A stretch of DNA of 30,529 bases. Origin: Polyangia bacterium (lineage in GTDB: Bacteria; Myxococcota_A; Polyangia; Palsa-1104). The position numbers were made by a program, and so were the translations under genes. The notes under the pieces are model-generated. The model searched no databases. It was not told the origin of the DNA and worked only from the letters and a program-made list of their open reading frames with translations. The stretch lies in contig DASXOU010000070.1 in the NCBI GenBank assembly GCA_036494045.1, positions 1 through 30,529 of the forward strand. The letters run 5' to 3'. Positions 1-8,528 of the stretch are shown piece by piece (position 1 is the first letter of the stretch; every line of letters begins with the position of its first letter).

Positions 1-101
1 TTCGCCGCCACGCACCGCGAAATCCAATCGCGTTGCGCCGCGTCGCTCGTCGCGCTCGGTATCGCGTTACGCCCCGTCATTGTCGCCAATGGTTCGCTCA
101 T
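1..101 (-). CDS. Possible 5' end of a gene running off the left edge (MSEPLATMTGRNAIPSATSDAAQRDWISRCVAA...), perhaps an ECF sigma factor N-terminus
   Basis: ATG at 101, open to the window edge, 50 nt downstream of the ketosynthase stop. Only 33 codons are visible, so the product guess is weak. Confidence 0.3.
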   Translation of the reverse strand, partial: MSEPLATMTGRNAIPSATSDAAQRDWISRCVAA

Positions 102-151
102 GCGGGGTATTCGGTTCGACACAACTGATCACAGGGATTAGCGCGCGGCGA

Positions 152-1318
152 TCAGGCGGCGGCGAAGACGACGGCGGCGTTGGTGCCGCCGAAGCCCGAG
201 GCCGTCGAGAGCGCGACGCGCGCCGCCACTTGGCGCGCGGCCCTGCGCACGACGTCGAGCGCGATCTCGGGATCGAGCTCCTCGCAGCCCGCCGTCGGCG
301 GCACCAGGCCGGTCTCGAGCGTGCGCACGCACGCGATCGCTTCCAACGCCGCGGCCGCGCCGAGCGTGTGGCCGAGCGCGCCCTTGATCGAGTTGAGCGG
401 CGTCGCCGCCGCGCGCGCGCCGAGCACCAGCGCCAGCGCCTTGGCCTCCATGAGATCGTTGAACGGCGTGGCCGTGCCGTGCGCGCTCACGTAGCCGACG
501 TCGCCGGCGGCGCGTCCGGCGTCGGCGAGCGCGGCGGTCATCGCGCGCGCGGCGCCGCGGCCTTCGCGATCGGGCCCGGTCATGTGCACGGCGTCGGCGG
601 CCACGCCCCAGCCGTCGACGAAGGCGCGGATGCGGGCCCCGCGTGCGCGCGCGTGCGCTTCGGACTCGACGACGACGAAGGCGGCCGCTTCGCCGAGGTT
701 GAGCCCACGCCGCCGCCGATCGAACGGGCGGCACGGCGCGGCGTCGCCCGCCTTGAGCGCGCCGAAGCCGGCGAGCACGAAGTCGTGCAGCGCATCGGCG
801 CCGCCGGCGACGACGACGTCGCAGCGGCCGCGGCGCACGAGGTCGAGCGCGGCACCGATGGCGACGTTGCCCGACGCGCACGCCACCGACGGCACGACGA
901 GCGGTCCGCGCGCGCCGATCGCCGCCGCGACCGCTTGCGGCGGCCCGGCCTGGCCCCAGCGCGCCGGCGCCGCCAGCGACGCGGGCACCGAATCCATCGT
1001 CGCGCGCACCAGCGGCAGCCAGCCGGCGATGCCGCCGAGCGTGGTGCCGAACGCCAGGCCCATGCGCGCGCCGGCTTCGGGATGTCCGGCGTCGGCGAGC
1101 GCCTCTTCGGCGGCCCAGGTCGCCATCGTCGCCGCGCGCGACGGCGCCGACAGCGGCAGCTCCTCGACGAGCGCGACCGGCCCGCTGGCGACGCCGGCGA
1201 GCTCGGGCCGCTCGCGCATCGCGCGCTGCCCCTCGACGAGCGCGGCCCACAAGCGGTCGGCGCCGCGTCCGAAGCCCGAGACCGCGCCGACGCCGGTGAT
1301 GACGCCGCGCGTGGTCAC
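152..1318 (-). CDS. Beta-ketoacyl-ACP synthase II (FabF/KAS-II-like ketosynthase), 388 aa
   Basis: C-terminal part of ORF 152..2251. GTG start at 1318 overlaps the upstream TGA (GTGA). Motifs VITGVG, VACASG (catalytic Cys), SAHGTATPFND, SIKGALGHTLGAAA, SGFGGTN. Confidence 0.93.
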   Translation of the reverse strand: MTTRGVITGVGAVSGFGRGADRLWAALVEGQRAMRERPELAGVASGPVALVEELPLSAPSRAATMATWAAEEALADAGHPEAGARMGLAFGTTLGGIAGWLPLVRATMDSVPASLAAPARWGQAGPPQAVAAAIGARGPLVVPSVACASGNVAIGAALDLVRRGRCDVVVAGGADALHDFVLAGFGALKAGDAAPCRPFDRRRRGLNLGEAAAFVVVESEAHARARGARIRAFVDGWGVAADAVHMTGPDREGRGAARAMTAALADAGRAAGDVGYVSAHGTATPFNDLMEAKALALVLGARAAATPLNSIKGALGHTLGAAAALEAIACVRTLETGLVPPTAGCEELDPEIALDVVRRAARQVAARVALSTASGFGGTNAAVVFAAA

Positions 1319-2232
1319 GTCCGGCGCGCCGGCGGATTCCAGAAGTCGAAGAAGTTGAACCACTGCTCGGGATAGCGGCGCACGTAGCGCTCGTAGACGG
1401 CGACGACGCGCGCGGTGGCCTCGCGCAAGTCGGCGTCGCGATCGGCGGTGTGCCGCACTTCGATCGGCGGCTCGACGTGAAACGTGCAGTTGGTGCGATC
1501 GGCGTCGGCGATGATGAACGTGGGCAGAAGCGGCGTGCCGGTCGCGCGCGCGAGCGTCGCCGGACCGAGCGGAAACGGCGCCGGCTCGCCGCAGAACGGC
1601 AGCATCACGTGCGGCCCGCCAGCGAAGCGATCCATCTGCATGCCGACGAGCTCGCCGCGACGAAGCACGCTCGCGAGCTCGAGCATGGAGAACGGCGAGC
1701 TGGTCGTGTACACGATCTTGAACTTCTCGCGGAACTGCCGCTCCCACTCGGCGGTGCCTGCGTTGGGCTCCTGGGCCATCGCCATGGTCAGCGGCGGATA
1801 GGCTTTCCGCTGCATCAGGATGGGCGCGATCTGCCAGAAGCCGAGATGCCCGGTGACGACGACGGCGCCGCGCTTTTCCTGCTGCAGCGCGAAGATGTGC
1901 TCCTGCCCGAGGGTGACCGCGTCGACGGGGACGGGCTGGCCGTGATGCAGGCAGTACATGTTGGTGATCGACTGCGCGTAGTTCACGAAGAGGCGGAAGC
2001 TGCGCGCCTTGGCGTCGATGGGGGCGAGCGGCTGCACGCGCGCGAGGTTGGCCTCGATGGCGCGGCGCGCGCGCGGCACGAGAACGTAGAAGATGCCGGC
2101 CCAGAAGGGCATGGTCGCGCGTTGCATCGGGTGCGAGAAGTTCTTCACGCCGAACATCATGATGCGGCGATAGACCGGCCCTTCGAAGCGATGGCGGAAC
2201 GCTTGAGCGGGCGACTGCTGGGAACTGCGCAT
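1315..2232 (-). CDS. Lysophospholipid/lipid A lauroyl-type acyltransferase (LpxL/HtrB-like family), about 305 aa
   Basis: Motifs ARRAIEANL, GAVVVTGHLGFWQ, LRRGELVGMQMDR, FCGEPAPFPLGPATLA, YPEQWFNFFDFW. Start placed at ATG 2232; exact start uncertain. Confidence 0.88.
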   Translation of the reverse strand: MRSSQQSPAQAFRHRFEGPVYRRIMMFGVKNFSHPMQRATMPFWAGIFYVLVPRARRAIEANLARVQPLAPIDAKARSFRLFVNYAQSITNMYCLHHGQPVPVDAVTLGQEHIFALQQEKRGAVVVTGHLGFWQIAPILMQRKAYPPLTMAMAQEPNAGTAEWERQFREKFKIVYTTSSPFSMLELASVLRRGELVGMQMDRFAGGPHVMLPFCGEPAPFPLGPATLARATGTPLLPTFIIADADRTNCTFHVEPPIEVRHTADRDADLREATARVVAVYERYVRRYPEQWFNFFDFWNPPARRT

Positions 2233-2285
2233 ACCGGGGCGGAGTATCCACGAAATCGGGCAGGCCGTCACCTCAGGCCGCTTCG

Positions 2286-4637
2286 TCAGTTGCGGGCGAG
2301 GGCGAGCGCGGCGAGGAGATCGTCGTGCGCGTCGGCGCGATCTTCGACGGCGAGCTGCGCTTCGAGGCGGCGCGCGACCGCGGCGTCGTGCGTGCGCGCG
2401 GCGATGCGGCCGACGGCGAGCCAGGCGCTGCCGCGCACGCGCGGATCGGCGGCGGCGGCGAAGAGCGCGTCGACGGCGGCGGCGTCACCGACGAAGCCGA
2501 GGTAGTGTGCGGCGTCGCGTCTTTGCGCGGCGAGCTCGTGATCGCCGGTGGCGGGCGGGCGGCGGCAGATGGCAGCCAGGCGCGCGGCGGCGGCGCGGTC
2601 GCGCAGCCGGCCGAGCATGACGGCGGCGCGATCGGCGAAGCGCTCGTCGGCGAGCAGGAGCTCGAGCGGCGCGCGCGCGCGGTTGTCGGTGAGCTCGGCG
2701 AGCGCGAGCGCGGCTTCGGCGCGGACCTCGACGCCGGCGTCGGCGTCGCCGAGCACGGCGCGCAAGGCGGCGCCGCCGGCGTAGGCTTCGCGCGCGCCGA
2801 GCTCGCGGGCGGCGGCGGCGCGCGTCGCTGCCGATTGGGCGCGATCGGCGACGGTGGCGGCGAGCGCGGCGACGGTGGGCGCGCCCAGCCACGCTTGCAG
2901 CGCGGCGGCGAGCGGCGCGGCGACGTCGGCGCGCGCGGCGGCGAGGTTGTGTAGCTCGGCGGGATCGGCGGCGAGATCGTAGAGCTCGTCGACGTCGCGG
3001 CGCGTGTCGCGCACCAGCTTCCACGAGCCGCGCAGGATCATGCGCGACGTGTCGACGGCGGCGAAGACGTCGCCACCGTTGTGCGGCGCGGGCAAAACGG
3101 GCGCGTCGAGCAGCGCGGCGACCGCGGGCAAGAGCCCGACGAGCGAGACCGGCGCGTCGATGCGCGCGGGCGCGAGCGCGCCGCCGACCAGCGCGATGAC
3201 CAGCGGCACGCGCAGCTGCTCGTCGTAGAGCGAGGTGCCGTGATAGGCGCCGCCGTGCTCGCCGAACTCCTCGCCGTGATCGGCGGTGACGACGAGGAGC
3301 GTCGGTCGCGCGAAGATCGCGAGGCCCTCGACGAGCCGCCCGAGCGCGCGATCGACGGCGCGGACCTCGGCGTCGTAGCGCGCGATCGGCGGCGCATCGC
3401 GCGCCAGCTCGTGCGGCTCGTAGGGCTCGTGCGGATCGAAGTAGTGCAGCCAGAAGAACGAGCGCGGCTCGCCACGGGCGGCGGCGCGGCGCATGCGCGC
3501 GAGCGCGGCGTCGGTGAGCGCGTCGGCCGGCTGCGTGCGCGTGTCGGCCCAGGCGACGCCGAAGTGCGCGGCGGCGTAGGGCGCGAGCGTGGTGCCGCCG
3601 TCGAAGAAGAGCCCGGCGGGGTAGAAGTCCTCGGTGTTCCAGCCGGCGGCGCGCAGCTGCTCGGCGAGCGTGGGCGGGCGATCGTCGAGGCGGCCAGGCG
3701 CGCGCGCGGTCATGAGCGAGGTGATGGACGTCGCCGTCGACGGCGCGGCGGCGTATGCGTGCGTGAAGGTGACGCCGCGCGCGGCCAGCGCCGCCAGCGC
3801 GGGCATGCGCGCGAGCCGATCGGCGCGCAGCGCGTCGACGGTGACGAGGACGAGGTGCGCGTTGGCGAGCGAGCCGTCGTGCGCGAGCTCGGCCGGCCAG
3901 GCCGCGTTCGCCGACGACCGCGATGCCGACGGCGACGATGGCGACGACGACAGCGCGTTCGCTGCCCGCGCCGGCGGCCGCGGCGGCGCGATCCGCTCCA
4001 CGACCTCGAGCACCAGCGACGCCGACGGCGCTTGCGCGTGCGTGACGAAGCGCGTGTTGGCATCGAGCCGCGCCAGCGCCGCGCCGCCGATCACGAGCAT
4101 GCAGCCGATCGCCGTCGCGACCAGGCCATTGCGCGTCCGCGTCTGGCCGCTTGCGCCCGCCCGTCGCAGCGCGCACGCCAGCGCCGCGAACGCGCACACG
4201 AGCAGCGTCGCGCGCAGCGACGGATACAGCCGCCGCGGCAGCGCCCACAGCGTCACCAGCTCGCCCGCGCCGATGGTCGCCGCGATCATCCGCGGCGCCC
4301 GCGCCGTCGCCACGATCGCCGCCGCGATCGCGATCGGCAACACGATCGCCGCCGCCACGAACCCGATCGCGCGCACCGCCGTCGCCGTCGCCGCCAACGG
4401 CACGCCCACGATCGCGCCCGCGATCGCCGCCGCCGCCCACGCACGCACGCGCCGCTCGCCCACGAGCGCCTCGATCCACGGCGCCAACGCCAACGCCGCG
4501 CCCGCCACGATCGCCGCCACCGCCAGCGCGATCGCCGCGCGCTCGCCGACCGATCCCCACGCGCGCCGAAGCGCCCACGCATCGCCGAGCGCCACCACCA
4601 TCCCCGCCTGCAACGCCGCGCGCCGCGTCGGTCCCAC
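2286..4637 (-). CDS. Membrane-anchored sulfatase-like (alkaline phosphatase superfamily) hydrolase/transferase with C-terminal HEAT-like repeats, 783 aa
   Basis: Several N-terminal hydrophobic segments. Core motifs HLVLVTVDALRADR, HYFDPHEPY, TADHGEEFGEHG, ELYDLAADPAE. C-terminal VRAEAALAL / RRDAAHYLG / VRGSAWLAVG HEAT-like units. GTG 4637 is preceded by TAGACT at 6 nt. Confidence 0.85.
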   Translation of the reverse strand: MGPTRRAALQAGMVVALGDAWALRRAWGSVGERAAIALAVAAIVAGAALALAPWIEALVGERRVRAWAAAAIAGAIVGVPLAATATAVRAIGFVAAAIVLPIAIAAAIVATARAPRMIAATIGAGELVTLWALPRRLYPSLRATLLVCAFAALACALRRAGASGQTRTRNGLVATAIGCMLVIGGAALARLDANTRFVTHAQAPSASLVLEVVERIAPPRPPARAANALSSSPSSPSASRSSANAAWPAELAHDGSLANAHLVLVTVDALRADRLARMPALAALAARGVTFTHAYAAAPSTATSITSLMTARAPGRLDDRPPTLAEQLRAAGWNTEDFYPAGLFFDGGTTLAPYAAAHFGVAWADTRTQPADALTDAALARMRRAAARGEPRSFFWLHYFDPHEPYEPHELARDAPPIARYDAEVRAVDRALGRLVEGLAIFARPTLLVVTADHGEEFGEHGGAYHGTSLYDEQLRVPLVIALVGGALAPARIDAPVSLVGLLPAVAALLDAPVLPAPHNGGDVFAAVDTSRMILRGSWKLVRDTRRDVDELYDLAADPAELHNLAAARADVAAPLAAALQAWLGAPTVAALAATVADRAQSAATRAAAARELGAREAYAGGAALRAVLGDADAGVEVRAEAALALAELTDNRARAPLELLLADERFADRAAVMLGRLRDRAAAARLAAICRRPPATGDHELAAQRRDAAHYLGFVGDAAAVDALFAAAADPRVRGSAWLAVGRIAARTHDAAVARRLEAQLAVEDRADAHDDLLAALALARN

Positions 4638-4666
4638 GGCTGCAGTCTACCTGCTATATAGAAACC
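4638..4666. promoter_or_regulatory. 29-bp divergent promoter region with back-to-back -10-like elements
   Basis: Minus strand: TAGACT (4644-4649), 6 nt before GTG 4637. Plus strand: TG-c-TATATA (4652-4660), 6 nt before GTG 4667. Confidence 0.6.
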
Positions 4667-6889
4667 GTGTCCGCCGCCGCCGTCGATTCGCTGAATCCCG
4701 CGCAAAAGGAGGCGGTCCTCCATCCCGGCGGGCCGCTGCTCATCCTCGCCGGCGCCGGCTCGGGCAAGACGCGCGTCATCACCTATCGCATCACCGAGCT
4801 GCTCCGCCGCGGCGTCTGGCCCGAGCGCATCCTCGCCGTCACCTTCACCAACAAAGCCGCCGGCGAGATGCGCGAGCGCATCGAGAAGCTCACCGGCGGC
4901 CGCGCCCGCGGCATGTGGGTCGGCACGTTTCACGCCACCTCGGCGCGCCTGCTGCGCATGTACGCCGAGAAGGTCGGCCTCGGCCGCGACTTCGTCATCT
5001 TCGACGACAACGATCAACGGACGCTGGTCGCGCGCGTGCTCAAGGATCTCGGCATCGCCGATCGCTTCGCCACGCCGCGCGCGATGCTCTCCGCCATCGA
5101 CGGCGCCAAGAACCGCGGCGAGAGCGCGGCCGACTTTGCCGGCCACGATTACTTCAGCGATCTGGTCGCGCGCGTCTACCCCGTCTATCAGGAGCGCCTC
5201 ACCCGCGCCAACGGCGTCGACTTCGGCGATCTCCTCTTGAAGACGCTCGATCTCTGCCGCGACGCCGACGTCGGCAAGCGGCTCGCCGATCGCTTCGATC
5301 ACGTGCTCGTCGATGAGTTCCAAGACACCAACCGCGTGCAATACGATCTCGTCAACCACTTGTCGTCGCGCCTGGGCAACCTGTGCGTCGTCGGCGACGA
5401 CGACCAATCGATCTACTCGTGGCGCGGCGCCGACGTGCGCAACATCCTCGACTTCGATCGCGACCACGCCGGCACCCACACCGTCAAGCTCGAGGAGAAC
5501 TACCGCTCGACGCAGCTCATCCTCGACGCCGCCAACGCCGTCATCGCGCGCAACCTCGAGCGCAAGCAGAAGCGGCTCTACACGTCCAAGGGCGAGGGCG
5601 AGCTGCTGCTCTATCACACCGCCGAGGACGAGCGCTCCGAGGCGCAGTTCGTGGTGCGCGCCATCAGCAAGCTCACGCTCGACGACGGGCGCGTGCCGTC
5701 CGACTTCGCCGTCTTCTACCGCACCCACGCGCAGTCGCGCGCGCTCGAAGAGGCGCTGCTCGCCGCCGACATGCCCTACGCGGTCATCGGCGGCATCCGC
5801 TTCTACGATCGCGCCGAGGTCAAGGATCTGCTCGCCTATCTGCGCGTGCTCGCCAACCCCGCCGACGAAGTGTCGCTCGAGCGCATCATCAACAAGCCCA
5901 CGCGCGGCATCGGCGAATCGACCTACGAGCGCGTGGTCGCGCGCGCGCGTGCCGACGACACCACCGTGTGGAACGCGATGGAGTCGCTGTTTCGGAATGG
6001 AGATTCCGAAATTGGCCCGTCGCCGCGCAAGAAGCTCGCCGCCTTCGTCGAGGTGATGAACGACCTGCGCTCGGAGTTCGTCACCCACGCCGGCTCGCTC
6101 GGCACGCTCGCCGACGCCGTCCTCGAGCGCACCGCCTACGTCGAGCGGCTCTCGGCCGACGGCTCGCACGAATCGCAGGAGCGCATCGAGAACCTGCTCG
6201 AGCTCACCGGCTCGATCAAGGACTACGAAGGCGACGTCACCGCGCGCGAGGGCGCGCCGCCGACCATCCACGACTACCTCGAGCAGGTCTCGCTGGTCGC
6301 GCCCGCCGACGCCGCGCAAAAGGGCGTCACGCTCATGACCGTGCACGCGGCCAAGGGGCTCGAGTTCCCCATCGTCTTCGTGACCGGCCTCGAGGACGGC
6401 GTGTTTCCGTCGCTGCGCAACGGCGAGGACGAGGACGCGCTCGCCGAGGAGCGCCGGCTCGCCTACGTCGCCATCACGCGCGCCGAGGAGCGCCTCTTTC
6501 TGACCAACGCGCGCCATCGCCGCTTGTTCGGCCAGGACGCGCGCCCCTTCGTCGAGAGCCGCTTTCTCGCCGACATCCCCGATCACACGATCGCGCGGCC
6601 GGTGAGCCAGCCGAAGCCGCGCCCGCAATGGATGGATCGCCCGCGCGAAGTCCCGAGCACACGCACCATCGAGCGCGACAGCGGCATCTCCGTCGAGTAC
6701 GACACCGACGCCGCCGGCTACGATGAGCTCGAGAGCACGTTCCGCCTGGGCCAGCGCGTGCGCCATCCCAAGTTCGGCGAAGGCGAGGTGCGCGGCTTCA
6801 CCGGCACCGGCGGCGACTTGAAGCTGACCGTGTACTTCCCGAAGGTCGGGCCGAAGACGATCATCGCGCGCTTCGTGGAGCTGGTGTGA
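4667..6889 (+). CDS. uvrD: UvrD/PcrA family SF1A DNA helicase with C-terminal Tudor-like domain, 740 aa
   Basis: LNPAQ Q-motif, AGAGSGKT, TFTNKAA, VDEFQDTN, VGDDDQSIYSWRGA, LEENYRST, TVHAAKGLEF, EERRLAYVAITRA, C-terminal GQRVRHPKFGEG. Start GTG 4667 lies within ORF 4151..6889. Confidence 0.97.
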   Translation: MSAAAVDSLNPAQKEAVLHPGGPLLILAGAGSGKTRVITYRITELLRRGVWPERILAVTFTNKAAGEMRERIEKLTGGRARGMWVGTFHATSARLLRMYAEKVGLGRDFVIFDDNDQRTLVARVLKDLGIADRFATPRAMLSAIDGAKNRGESAADFAGHDYFSDLVARVYPVYQERLTRANGVDFGDLLLKTLDLCRDADVGKRLADRFDHVLVDEFQDTNRVQYDLVNHLSSRLGNLCVVGDDDQSIYSWRGADVRNILDFDRDHAGTHTVKLEENYRSTQLILDAANAVIARNLERKQKRLYTSKGEGELLLYHTAEDERSEAQFVVRAISKLTLDDGRVPSDFAVFYRTHAQSRALEEALLAADMPYAVIGGIRFYDRAEVKDLLAYLRVLANPADEVSLERIINKPTRGIGESTYERVVARARADDTTVWNAMESLFRNGDSEIGPSPRKKLAAFVEVMNDLRSEFVTHAGSLGTLADAVLERTAYVERLSADGSHESQERIENLLELTGSIKDYEGDVTAREGAPPTIHDYLEQVSLVAPADAAQKGVTLMTVHAAKGLEFPIVFVTGLEDGVFPSLRNGEDEDALAEERRLAYVAITRAEERLFLTNARHRRLFGQDARPFVESRFLADIPDHTIARPVSQPKPRPQWMDRPREVPSTRTIERDSGISVEYDTDAAGYDELESTFRLGQRVRHPKFGEGEVRGFTGTGGDLKLTVYFPKVGPKTIIARFVELV

Positions 6890-7998
6890 GAAAGCGGCTG
6901 CGTGAGCTGTGGCGGACCATCGTCCACGAGCACACGGCGCCGGGCCGCATCGCGGCGGCCATCGTCGTCGGCGCCATCGTCGGTTGTACGCCGCTGTTCG
7001 GCTTGCACATCGTCGTCTGCCTGGCGCTGGCGTGGCTGCTCGGGCTCAACAAGCTCGTCGTCTACGGCGCGGCCAACCTGTCGATCCCGCCCATGGTGCC
7101 TCTCATCGGCTTCGCGTCGGTGCAGCTCGGCGAGCGCATCCTGCACGGCCGCTGGCTCGGGCTGCATCGCGCCGACTTCGCGCTTGCCAACATCCGCACG
7201 CTGGCGCGCACGTTCTTCGTCGACTGGATGATCGGCGGCGTCGTGCTCGGCGCGGCCATCGGCGTCCTCGCCGGCGGCATCGTCTGGGCGCTGCTCAGCG
7301 CCCGCCGCGCGCGCATCTCGCGCACCGCCGACACGATCGGCGCCGCGATCGACGTCGCGCGCCGTCGCTACGACGGGCTGCACCCGCGCTTCAAGTGGTA
7401 CGCGCGCATGAAGTACGTCATGGATCCGTGCTACCGCGCCATCGCGCAGCTGGTGCCGCCGGGCGCGTTCACCGTCGATCTGGGCAGCGGCCTCGGCATG
7501 CTGCCGGTGCTCCTCGGCGTGCTCGGCGACGGCCGCCGCGCGCTCGGCGTCGAGTGGGATCGCAAGAAGGTCGAGTGCGGCCTGGTCGCCGCGCGCGACT
7601 TGACCGACGTGCAGCTCGTCGAAGCCGACGCGCGCGCCGCCGAGTTGCCCGCGTGCGACGTCATCACGCTCGTCGACATGCTGCACTATTGGGACGACGA
7701 GGCGCAGCGCGCGCTCCTGGCCCGCTGCCGCGCGGCGCTGCGTCCGGGCGGGCGCCTCCTGGTGCGCGAAGGCGATCCGTCGCGTCGCGGCGGCGCGCGG
7801 CTGACGCGCGCGATCGAGGCTGCCGTCACGCGGCTCGGCTGGAACCGCGGCCCGCAAGTGCGCTTCCGCGACCTGGCCGCGCTGCGCGCCGACCTCGAGG
7901 CGCTCGGCTTCGCCGTCCGCGTCGACGAGGTCGCCGCGCGCACGCACCCCGGCAACGTGCTCCTCGTCTGCGACGCGGCTCGCGACGCGGCTACTTGA
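6886..7998 (+). CDS. DUF2062 membrane domain fused to a class I SAM-dependent methyltransferase, 370 aa
   Basis: N-terminus PGRIAAAIVVGAIVGCTPLFGLH...LGLNKL...ANLSIPP is DUF2062-like. C-terminus has VDLGSGLG (SAM motif I), DVITLVDMLHY, LRPGGRLLVRE. GTGA overlap with uvrD. Confidence 0.85.
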   Translation: MRKRLRELWRTIVHEHTAPGRIAAAIVVGAIVGCTPLFGLHIVVCLALAWLLGLNKLVVYGAANLSIPPMVPLIGFASVQLGERILHGRWLGLHRADFALANIRTLARTFFVDWMIGGVVLGAAIGVLAGGIVWALLSARRARISRTADTIGAAIDVARRRYDGLHPRFKWYARMKYVMDPCYRAIAQLVPPGAFTVDLGSGLGMLPVLLGVLGDGRRALGVEWDRKKVECGLVAARDLTDVQLVEADARAAELPACDVITLVDMLHYWDDEAQRALLARCRAALRPGGRLLVREGDPSRRGGARLTRAIEAAVTRLGWNRGPQVRFRDLAALRADLEALGFAVRVDEVAARTHPGNVLLVCDAARDAAT

Positions 7999-8521
7999 GG
8001 AACGGCGCCGGATCCACCGGCCAGAACGCGCGCGTCAGCGGATACATCCCGAAGTGCAGATGCGGCGGCGTCGTGCGCGCGTTGCCGGTGTTGCCGACGT
8101 AGCCGAGGACGTCGCCGGCGTCGACGTGATCGCCGACGCGGAGCGCCTTCTCGAAATGATCGAGGTGCGCGTAGTAATAGAGCGTCGACGGCTTGCCCGC
8201 CACCCACACCGTGTTGCCGCCGAGCCGATCGGTGGTGCCGATGCGCACCACCATGCCTTCGGCCGCCGCCACCACCGGCGTCCCGCGCCGCGCGAAGATG
8301 TCGATGCCCGCGTGCGTGCGATGCCCCGAGCGCGGCTCGCCGAACGACGAGTGCAGCGCCGGCCGCTTGACGCCGACGACGGGCACGAGCAGCGTCCCCG
8401 GCGATCCCGAGTAGCGCACCATCGCCCACGCCGTCCGATGGGTCACGACGACGCCGAGCACGAAGCAGACGCAGGCGGCGATCGCGCCACGCTTCAGCCA
8501 GCGCTTCAGGCTCGGCATCAT
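7991..8521 (-). CDS. M23 family metallopeptidase (peptidoglycan hydrolase), 176 aa
   Basis: N-terminal TM/signal segment; HAGIDI (HxxxD), YYYAHL, GYVGNTGNA, PHLHF (HxH). Confidence 0.93.
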   Translation of the reverse strand: MMPSLKRWLKRGAIAACVCFVLGVVVTHRTAWAMVRYSGSPGTLLVPVVGVKRPALHSSFGEPRSGHRTHAGIDIFARRGTPVVAAAEGMVVRIGTTDRLGGNTVWVAGKPSTLYYYAHLDHFEKALRVGDHVDAGDVLGYVGNTGNARTTPPHLHFGMYPLTRAFWPVDPAPFLK

Positions 8522-8528
8522 GCTCGTC

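Noticed and set aside
152..2251. Apparent 699-aa ketosynthase and other N-terminally extended ORFs (4151, 11065, 14277, 27365, 28431)
   Set aside because: The extensions are stop-free alternative frames over neighbouring genes. Family homology begins at the internal starts listed in features.
5980..6020. Short AT-richer patch inside uvrD (similar patch at about 21665-21690 in batD)
   Set aside because: In frame, apparently in variable loops, with no repeat or palindrome; insufficient evidence for an insertion or internal promoter.
4667..7998. Helicase plus methyltransferase as an anti-phage or restriction-modification system
   Set aside because: The helicase is a canonical UvrD/PcrA, and the methyltransferase is membrane-fused and lacks DNA-methyltransferase motifs (DPPY/NPPY, PC).
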